Of a stretch of DNA of 64,000 nucleotides, positions 54,560 through 64,000 are shown one piece after another (within the stretch, counting starts at the first letter, position 1; every line of letters starts with the position of its first letter). The DNA is from Octopus vulgaris (Eukaryota). Made by a program: the position numbers and the translations under genes. The notes beneath the pieces were generated by a model that had not been told where the DNA came from, did not search any database, and saw only the letters and a program-made list of their open reading frames with translations. Location of the stretch: the NCBI GenBank assembly GCA_951406725.2, contig OX597818.1, positions 65,844,001-65,908,000 of the forward strand, written 5' to 3'.

Positions 54560-54742
54560 GTTCGGGATAAGAGTGAGTTCATAACTACAGCGTCTGTGAT
54601 TAGCTGGTGTTTTAGCATCCCCGAAAGAATGAAAGCGAAGGCCTTTCTCTGTCGGCGTTTGAACTCAGGACGAAAAGTCGGAAGAAATGCCGATAAGCAT
54701 TTCTTTTTCCTGCGCGCTAAACATTCTGACAGTTCGACACCT
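54560..54742 (-). mobile_element. Degenerate family-A-related SINE
   Basis: ccccgaaagaatgaaag..tttgaactcag..aagcattt..ttctgacagttcg. Confidence 0.65.
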
Positions 54743-55601
54743 TTTAGAACTGATACACATGTTGACCCGTAAATATATAAACATTTACAGATGCAACAAA
54801 AAGTGAAATAATAGAATAAAATAATACATTTGTATCAAGTAAGGAACACTTTAAAATTAGAAGTTAATCAACACATTTCCAATACAACCTCGTACATATC
54901 AGTGTCTGTTTGTTGCAAAACCCTTATAACTCATTACTGCATTCAGTTTCATATTCATTAAATTGTACAATTATTCATATCAAAATTGATAGATTTCATT
55001 AAATCAGTTACAAAAATAAATCATTTAACTAATGAGTTTTAAATGGAAGTGTCATATGGCTTCGAACTGTCTTTTCTGTTGTTCTTTTTAAGGCGATGCT
55101 TTTCTATATTTTCATTTTTTTTCATTAATTTGTAGTCCTGATTAGTGATTCATGAAAAAATGTCCCTTTTTATGACTTTATGGAAGCACACGCTTTCCAC
55201 AATCTTTTTTCATCCCGATACACAATCTACCAGCAGTCATAACTTTGTTCTGCATGCTCACTGCCTTCGCCGCTGCGTGACAATCCGCCGAGACTTGTTG
55301 ACTCTGATGTTGCCTTTAGCTGCCAGAATTCTCAAAAGATCGAAAAAAAAAAAATTCCGAATCAGGATATGATGAACAATACCACGTGAAATTAATTTTT
55401 CATTTCAATGGTTACGTTATAGTGATGTTCTGTGTGCCGCTACCGCAGCAGCAGCAGCTGCAGCAGCAGCAGTAGCAGTAGTAGTAGTAGTAGTTGTAGC
55501 AGCATTAGTTGCTTTGCTGCTAACAACGTATGGCCATGTATAAATATGTGTAGAGATTACAGTTTAGCATTTGTTACAGGTAGTCACATAAATTTACTCT
55601 A

Positions 55602-55648
<47 letters not shown>

Positions 55649-55841
55649 GTGTGTTAACGGTTGGGAAGCCAACGAACAAATGGATAGTAGCAATCTAATA
55701 TAATGCTGGTATTCTATCCAGTTATTAATACCCAAGTGCTGATTATTTTGCAATGTCAATTTTGCAATGTCAATTTTGCAATCGAGTGTCATATATGGGC
55801 GGGGGTAAAATGTGGTTTACCCTCAATTTATACGGTCAATA

Positions 55842-56040
55842 TATTATATTAAATTAGAGATAAAACCACTATTAGGCAAATCAAACAGTGAAAAACATAA
55901 GCCAATACATAAGTTTAATTTAAAAATATAGAAGTTTAAAATATTTTTAACTTTTATATCTTTAAATTAATTTTGTGTATTGGCTTATGTTTTTCACTCT
56001 TTGATTTGCCTAATAGTGGTTTTATCTCTAATATAATATA
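55842..56040. repeat. AT-rich fold-back palindrome (arms about 95 bp)
   Basis: attagagataaaaccactattaggcaaatcaaac..ccaatac is mirrored by gtattgg..tttgatttgcctaatagtggttttatctctaat. Confidence 0.88.
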
Positions 56041-56144
56041 ATATAATATAATATAATATAATATAATATATTTATACTGTAAAATTGGATTTAATCCTAA
56101 ATCTAATTTTTCCCTGTAAGTTTGGATTTATTCCCTAATATTAT

Positions 56145-56177
<33 letters not shown>

Positions 56178-56180
<3 letters not shown>

Positions 56181-56380
56181 GAAGAATTCACAAAAGAACA
56201 AAAGACGAAGACAGGTGGTGTAGACAACTAACAGATGTATTAGTTTAACGCTCTAGAAGAGAAAAAGCCTTTAACGTTTCGAGCGTATGGTTATGGTCTT
56301 CCACAGAAAGGAACGCAGAGAGAAACAAGGAGGGAAAATAAAGAATGGTTAGTGGTTACCGATCTACTATGGTGATTGAT
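56178..56380 (-). mobile_element. Short element with a minimal hammerhead (CUGUGGA core), 8042 family
   Basis: ccttt-CTGTGGA-a-gacc..gctc-GAAACGTT-aaagg at 56268-56311; (TA)n on both sides. Confidence 0.72.
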
Positions 56381-56390
56381 ATGTATATAC

Positions 56391-56436
<46 letters not shown>

Positions 56437-56485
56437 TTACATAAACATATATATATGCATACACACACACACACACACATATATC

Positions 56486-56842
56486 AGGAGGGATTCAGTC
56501 CCATTGCGTAGCATAGTGTCTTCCACTGTAGCCTCGGACCGGCCAAAGCCTTGTGAGTGGATTTGGTAGACGGAAACTGAAAGAAGCCGGTCGTATATAT
56601 GTATATGTGTATATGCGTGTGTGTGTTTGTGTGTCTGTGTTCGTCCCGCCTTCACCACCATCGCTTGACAACCGATGCAGGTGTGTTTACGTCCCCGTAA
56701 ATTAGCGGACCGATAGAGTAAGCACTAGGCTTACAAAGAATAAGCTCCGGGTTCGATTTCGTCGACTAAAAGCGTTACTCTAAAATGACCACACTCAAAT
56801 GACTGAAAGAAGTAAAAGAGTAAAGAATAATGAGTAAAGAGT
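56486..56842 (+). mobile_element. Family-B SINE, 5'-truncated
   Basis: gattcagtcccattgcg..gccttgtgagtggatttggtagacggaaactgaaagaagc..aaatgactgaaa. Confidence 0.85.
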
Positions 56843-57177
56843 ATATCACGTGTGTAAAGTAAAATATGGAGATATAAAATGAAAGAAGGAAGGGCGAGAT
56901 GAACTGGTGGCAAAAGAATGCGTTAGAAAGGTGAGATGTTGTAGCGAAATTATAAGAGGGGGAGAGGGAGAGACTGTATATAAATGAGGTGAATGTGTGT
57001 GGTGATATCTGTATATAGATATGTGTGTGTATGGTTGTGTATGAACATGTGCGTTGAGACAGAGAGATGGGTGGAGGAGAAAGAGAATGAAAGAGAAAAA
57101 GAGAGAGAATGAATGATATTTGAAGATATGCAAAGAGAGAAGACAAGGCGAGTAGAGCGTGATACCAAAGTAGAGAG

Positions 57178-57217
<40 letters not shown>

Positions 57218-57854
57218 GTGTGTTTGTGTGTGTGTGAAAGGAGATATGACTGTCGACAGATATGATGTCAGTCTTGTAGAGAGATGAATTGTTGAAGTGA
57301 AAGGAAATGGAGTAGAGTGTAGAAGCGATGGAATGTTCCTTGATGAGCGAGAGAGAGGGAGGGAGAGAAAGACAGATGTGAGAATGAGAGTAATGCGATG
57401 AAAATACAAAGACACATTTCTGAAAGGAGTGTGTATTAAAGAGAAAGTAATGGAAAAGTGAAGGTAGAAGCGAGAGAGAGAGAGTTTAGAGAGTGGTTTT
57501 GGAAAAACTGAAGAGAAGAAAGAAAGTATTTAGTAATTTGGGTTGTTTATATCTCGATTCACAATGACCAACGATTTCGAGTCATTCCGTATCATTCTGC
57601 GAGTTCATATCGTGACGTACCTTAATTACGGTCCTAATTTGGCGTGAGAGGAAGGAAAATCGAATGAAAAAGAATGCAATTTCAAATATCGTTTGGACAC
57701 TGAGTATACATGTTTGCGCTGCTCTCAAAGAAAGATAATCGAACTAATTAGAGAAGAGGTAATTGCGTTACTCAATCTTGATTAATGGTTAAACAAACGT
57801 TAACTTATTGACTTCTCTTCTCATTTACATTCTGTTTTCGATAGAAATTGTTGC

Positions 57855-58216
57855 ATGCGTCCGGGTTTGGTCCCACCGCGTGGAATCTTGGGTTAATGTC
57901 TTCTAACATCGCTTCGTTTGCGGCAAATCCTTGAGAGTGGATTTGGAAAAAGAAACTGAAAGAAGCCTGTCGTATATGTGTATGTGTTTATGTGTGCGGG
58001 CGTGTGTATCCGTAACTGTGTGTTCGTGTCTGTGTACGGTGGTGTGCCTACTCCCTCGTAAAGTAGGGGTTCGCCAAAGAGAAAGATAGAACAAATACCA
58101 GGTTTTAAATAAATAGTACTGGGGTCGATAAGTTCAACTGAAATGCCTGAAGATGGCGCCGTTGCATGACCGTAGGGTAATGACGTGGGGTAATGAAAGA
58201 AGTAAAAACTAAAAGA
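57855..58216 (+). mobile_element. Family-B SINE, decayed
   Basis: ccttgagagtggatttgg..aaactgaaagaagcctgtcg..gtactggggtcgat. Confidence 0.75.
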
Positions 58217-59372
58217 TGAATAATTAAAAGAAATGTAGGAACAAATAATTAATACACCAACCCGATCTGAATATCAATAATTAAACCAGATTTCTGACCT
58301 ATTCTTTTTCACATTAGAATATTTTTCTCGTTCTTGCAATTACCAAAATAATCAAATATACATCAGTCATTCATTATTCCCATCGTTATTGTTGATGTTG
58401 TAAAAACAGTATCTTTGCTTTGGGGTTGACTGCTAGAAATATGACGGTTTTGTTATCTTGAGGCGATGTTTTCATCTAACGCTCTCGTGGGTGGTTAACA
58501 GGAAATCGACAGATTTACTGATACCGAAGTTAATTAGGAATCTGTGTTACATGCTTTCTGGTGTGTTGTGTGCGGTGGGGTTAGGCAAGTTCAAATGGGG
58601 AGCAGTGATAGCGAAGAATACATAGCTCGAGTTTAGTTTTATGGTTATTTTGCCTAGTCGTCATATTCTAGGAAACGGTAGTTGTTCGTGGAAGCAGTGG
58701 TTCGTTCTGAGATTAAAGCTGTATCTGTGTAAATTTAGACTTTTCCCAGCCAGTGTTTCATGCGAAGCCACGCGAATTTTTCGTATTCTCGGTCAATATT
58801 ATTTAACAGCGATGGCTACCTTGGAGTACTTCACAACTGAGTAATAGCTTTCTCTCGCATGTGATATTTCGTGGGTAACATTTGATTTTATTCAAGAATA
58901 CACATCATCTGAATAGATTTAATACTATGAACTTCAATACGTATTAATCCTTGATATATTCTTATCTTTTTTACAATTAATATATTTTTATTTACAATAT
59001 TGTTTAATGTATATATATATATACATTTCACTAAACTTTGTACTTCTTCAACACTCTCCCTCTTCCCCCCTCTCTTACTTTCCTTTGCCTTTCTTACTTT
59101 GAACTTCACTTTGTCCCTGTCTCTCCCTTTTTCTCGCCACTCCCTGATACTTCCGTGTACACGCTCTCTCTCTTCTCCCCCTCCTTAATTCCTTTGTTCC
59201 TATTTTTTTCTCTCTTCTCTTCTCACGTGACCGTTGGCCGAGTGCTGGCCTTTTTGCGTTTGGTCGCGGTCGCTGTCACATCGAAACTTTTCCTCTGCCG
59301 TAAGGCTTAATTACCAACACGCCAGCTTAATTAAATTCGTCTCCAGTCGAAAGACGCCTGTTTTTAATGTCC

Positions 59373-59409
<37 letters not shown>

Positions 59410-59709
59410 GTTTTTTTGTATTATTTTTTGTATTTATATTCGTGTAACATCGTCCGTTTTTCAGTCCTTGTTTCGTATACATTCGAAGCTTTTTCTTCCA
59501 AGGAATCTAATGCTCTTAGCTTAGTTTTTCCTTGGGGGCTGGCCAGATTGGAGCAATTTTAAGATTAATCAGCCGAATTTGCGAGGAAGATCCGGTTCTT
59601 GACTGAAGATTAAAGGCTTTGAATGACCCGTCCGTGTTTTTTGTATCGTCTATCTGGAAGTTTTGCGTTCTTGTCCCATTTTGTATTTATATATATATAC
59701 ACATACATG

Positions 59710-59789
<80 letters not shown>

Positions 59790-59963
59790 CATACATATAT
59801 ATATATATGTATGTATGAATGCATGTATGTATATATATATATATATATATATAAATATTTAAATAATGAGGGAGATAAATTAATATTAATTTTAATATCA
59901 ATTTAAAACCAGTAGTCCAGCATACAAAAATCTGAGGAGTCAGAGAAAATTCTAATATATGTG

Positions 59964-60377
59964 TATATTGGCAGGGCTTACCGCAGTGAATTATTTACTG
60001 CAGCCCTTCGCCTCAGAAATTTATTAGCGCGCCAGAGCCAAGACATTTGAAATTTTATCACTAGTGTAATCGGTAAAGCTACACACGTGTCTGTACTGGC
60101 ACGAAAGCTGGGGTTAGCTTTTCCGCTTACATTACTATGAACGGATGCACTGAAGAAGCACGGACATTTGGATTGCATAAGTAATTCTCTTGTTAAGGCT
60201 GAAACCGAGGTATGCATTTAATTCTGTTTTTTATATAAATTTTCATCTGTCATGACCGCCAAAACTGGTTCTGGTGTTCGCTGTATTTTTCCTCTAGAGA
60301 ATTTCCTTGTAGTTTGACCGTTGATGGTCTATTTCTAGCATATGGCCGACTCCCTAGCAGTAAGCCCTGCCAATATA
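59964..60377 (+). mobile_element. Element of about 410 bp with 21-bp terminal inverted repeats and a canonical-core hammerhead
   Basis: tatattggcagggcttaccgc / gcagtaagccctgccaatata termini; hammerhead at 60143-60219. Confidence 0.75.
60143..60219 (+). ncRNA. Type I hammerhead ribozyme motif, canonical core
   Basis: ggatgca-CTGAAGA-agc..(38 nt)..gct-GAAAC-cgag-GTA-tgcattt; predicted cleavage after 60212. Confidence 0.75.
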
Positions 60378-60599
60378 TATATATATATATATATATATGC
60401 AAAATGGGACAAGAACGCAAAACATCCAGATAGACGATACAAAAAACACGGACGGGTCATTCAAAGCCTTTAATCTTTAGTCAAGAACCGGATCATCCTC
60501 GCAATTTAGGGATGAAATTTTTCTCTCCTTGTTTTTTCTCTATTTTTTCTCTCCTTTTTTTTTCTCTCCATTTTTCTCTCCTTTTTTTTTCTCTCCTTG

Positions 60600-60706
60600 T
60601 TTTTTTTCCGTGAAAAACTCTTTCTATTCCTGAGCTTTATACTAATACATCTGTATGTTTTGAACATCACCTGTCTTCGTCTTTTGTTTTTTTCGTAAAC
60701 TCTCCC

Positions 60707-60708
<2 letters not shown>
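60600..60708 (+). mobile_element. 8042-family element with the ribozyme deleted
   Basis: ttatactaatacatct..cacctgtcttcgtcttttgtttttttcgt then (TA)n; no core. Confidence 0.7.
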
Positions 60709-60750
<42 letters not shown>

Positions 60751-61127
60751 TGTGTATACATATTTATATATTTATATATTTATATATATAACGATAAGAA
60801 TCTGAAGTTTCATTTCCTCGCCGTATCTGTATTTCTAATTGTCTTTTTTTCTTTTAATATTCAATACTTCAATACACTAAATACCTGGACACAAAATCAG
60901 GGCTGTGAACTCAGAACAAGTATCACGAGTGAGTAAACACCGTGGAATCCTTTGGTAATTATTTTAATGTTTCACTATTATACGGTATAATGATCTGTTA
61001 GATACACCTATAGTCTCTAATCAGTAATTTGTAAATATGCTGAAGTATTTGTTGGTTAAGAATGGTCAAATAAACGTAAAGCTGCTTTATAAGACAAAGC
61101 TAAAAAAATAAGAGAGTGTTTTATACG

Positions 61128-61312
61128 AAGATGGCGAACTGCCAGAATGGTTAGCATGCTAGACAAAAGGCTTAGTGGGTGTTTGGTTCATCTTTACGAT
61201 CGAATTCAGCCGAGTTCACTTTTGCATTTCATCCTTTCGGGCTCCATGAATAAAGCATCAATTATGCTCTAGGTATCGATGTAGTTCGTCTCCCAATAAA
61301 ATTCGTCGACCT
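61128..61312 (+). mobile_element. Decayed family-A SINE
   Basis: ggcgaactgccagaatggttagc..tttcatcctttcggg. Confidence 0.65.
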
Positions 61313-62629
61313 GTTTTATTTTATTTTTCTAATTTAACTATGATCCTCTTATCTCTCAGGTAGTTTCGTTTTCGACAAATTAATTTCTACAATTAATGAA
61401 ACCCGGACAATTCAGTCAACATATTTTGAGCCAGTTCATGGGCGTTACTGGCCCTTTCTGGATCTAATTTCACAAACTCAAGGGTTGCTCGTTATTAATA
61501 TTAAATGTATCCTTTTTCTATATTATGCGGATGTTGCCATACTTGAAATTAAAATGGTTTTTGAGTAGTAGAATTCTGCATTTAACGAAGGTTTCAAAAT
61601 CTTTAAAATACTCCTGAAATTTATTAAAACAACTCTTGACACTTCTCCTTGCCAGAATGCCCTAAAATTAATCATCGGATCATTGTATTAATGAGGGTTA
61701 ATTGGATTGCATCTTAACTATGAATCAATCTCAATCTAAAATTCATATCAATTTCTTTTGCCAATGTTTTATTAATCGTCCAATTGTTATGCCAATATGA
61801 AAGTTGATCTCTACAATTACTTCATAAATTCAGTACGAATTTAGCTTCAATCTGGGTGTTATTCAAATTTTCTTCTTTTCCTTCTTTTATTTTTGTCTGA
61901 AAAATATCGATACTGATCTTTAATGATGCAAATACAATATTGATAAACTATACGATGTTTAATGAAATTAATTAAGTAACAGTCTCTCAATTTTTCGTAA
62001 CGAATAATTCATAATGATTACGTGACAAAAATATATACTTTGATGTGTCTTTCTGCCGTATGTTATTTGAAATTCTCACACAGTCCCATAAAAGATATAT
62101 GGAAGCCGTTAATTGAAAATAACAGCGACAATATGACACCAATATTTATTTTAATGTACCAAGAGACAGAGACAGACATTTTTTGTTAATCAAAGCTGGA
62201 CGCGATATAAGTAAATAAACAGATGACATTGTCTAGCAATCTAATAATTCTACACTCATTACCTTTTCTTCACAATCATCTCTCTTATGAATGGTGTATC
62301 GATAGGCAAATGTTATGAATGGAAGTTTATTCAACTGAATGGCATAATATAGATTTAATGTGATATACATTGCAACAGAGTAGACAGCATTGATTCCTTT
62401 AAAATACGAAAGATAATTATCCGAACGTAATATTTACGATAACAGAAATTATTTAAAGGTATTAGAAATATGATTGTTTTTTTCTAAGTACAAAGGATCA
62501 TATCAAATTAATGATGTTTAAGTAATTCCCAAATATGACCTCCTATATAGGAGCACATTCGAATGAATTTCGCCCTCCTCGCGTGTATCATATTACTATA
62601 TACATATAAGAATATATACTGTGTGTATA

Positions 62630-63212
62630 AGTCAGCGAGCTGGCAGAAACGTTAGCACGCCGGGCGAAATGCTTAGCGGTATTTCGTCTGCGTTACGTTG
62701 TGAGTTCAAATTCCGCCGAGGTCGACTTTGCCTTTCATCCTTTCGGGGTCGATAAATTAAGTACCAGTTACGCACTGGGGTCGATATAATCGACTTAATA
62801 CCTATGTCTGTCCTTGTTTATCTCCTCTGTGTTTAGCCCCTTGTGGGTAATAAAGAAATAGGTATTTCGCCTGTCTTTACGTTCTGAGTTCAAATTCCGC
62901 CGAGGTCGACTTTGCCTTTCATCCTTTCGGGGCTGATAAATTAAGTGCAAGTTACGCACTGGGGGGTCGATTTAATCGAATTAATCCCTTTGTCTGTCCT
63001 TCTTTGTCCACTCTATGTTTAGCCCCTTGTGGGTAGAAACGAAACAGGAATTTCGTCTGCCGTTACGTTCTGAATTCAAATTCCGCCGAGGTCGCTTTTG
63101 CCTTTCATCCCTATGGGGTCGATAAATTTAGTACCAGTTTTGTACTGGGGTGGATCCAATTGACTTGCCCAACATCACCAAAAATTCCGTGCCTTGTGCC
63201 TAGAGTAGTAAA
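62630..63212 (+). mobile_element. Trimeric family-A SINE with an imperfect TSD of about 21 bp
   Basis: One head, three B-box/core units; aagaatatatactgtgtgtat (62608-62628) versus aagaatatgtactatatgtat (63211-63231). Confidence 0.9.
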
Positions 63213-63619
63213 GAATATGTACTATATGTATGCTTCAGAAAACTGTGGTAAGAGATGCAAGTTAGGATTTGCGATGAACAGGTGATTCATATCTGGATCC
63301 AGATCTGTTTATTCAGGTCCAACAATGAACTACATTTCGGCTTACCTTCGAACTCAATCATGATATATGTTGTATGCTGTTGTTAGCTCGCGATTTGTAA
63401 CGGGTTTCTTCATAGGCTAATGGGCTAAAACCAGCACAGAATAGTAATTTAAAAGTTTACCTCACCTGTTTTAATGCAATTTCACCGATTCTGTGCTGAG
63501 GCCGTATTCACTCCCTACTCTATTTGAAAAATAATGGCATATAAAGAAACTGCAGCGATTTATTACGATTATATTATTCATGTTGTATTCTACATCCCAT
63601 AATAGCTTATTAATATATT

Positions 63620-63990
63620 GATCTCAAGTTTCGGTACAAAGCCAGCAATTTCGGTGGACGAGAAACGTCGTTTACATCAACCCCAGTCGATCTGTGGGGT
63701 CGATGTAATCGACTTACTCCCTATCTTGAAATTGCTGGCCCTGCTCCTAAAATTTAAAAACCAATATATTAGTATTAATATAAGGCAGTGATCTTGCTGA
63801 ATCGTTAGCCCACCGGTTAAAATGCTTTGCAGCAATTCGTCAACCTTTACTTTCTGTGTTCAAATTATGCCGAGACCTAAATTAACATGCTGTCGTGGTC
63901 GATAAAATAAGTACTAGTTAAAAAAATGGTGTTGATGAGATCAGCATATCTCTTCTCCGAACTACCTAGCCTTGCGCCAAAATATTAGAC
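63620..63990. mobile_element. Cluster of decayed family-A SINE pieces in both orientations
   Basis: ggggtcgatgtaatcgactt, gtcgataaaataagtact and tail-like motifs. Confidence 0.6.
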
Positions 63991-64000
63991 CAATATTATT

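Larger units (their letters stand above)
59577..60507. repeat. Inverted pair of about 108 bp (59577-59684 and 60398-60507) abutting TA tracts
   Basis: gatccggttcttgact..ttgcgttcttgtcccattttg and its reverse complement. Confidence 0.88.

Noticed and set aside
59598-59636. CTGAAGA...GAA...GTC in the inverted module
   Set aside because: Lacks GAAA and stem I complementarity, and the second copy reads CTAAAGA.

Overview
AT-rich, microsatellite-dense eukaryotic DNA, mostly non-coding. The repeat complement (three tRNA-headed SINE families, RTE, CR1-type and R4/Dong LINE fragments, very long (TA)n, (CA)n and (AAT)n tracts) looks like an octopus genome; this is inferred from remembered repeat families, not verified. 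Nearly all ORFs in the track are microsatellite or SINE artefacts. No intact, recognisable host gene is present, but there is a phase-consistent three-exon candidate on the minus strand at about 41.2-43.5 kb and two possible decayed coding relics. The most striking unannotated signal is about 16 minimal type I hammerhead-ribozyme folds in short, unrelated elements, mostly next to microsatellites and often fold-back, resembling non-autonomous Penelope-like termini. Their cores include canonical CUGAAGA/CUGAUGA, the compensatory 3-8 pair variants G3-C8 (GUGAACA) and U3-A8 (UUGAAAA), a recurring CUGUNGA form and a CCGANGA form; one module is associated with a tRNA-like Pol III head. All structures were read by eye and catalytic activity is untested.
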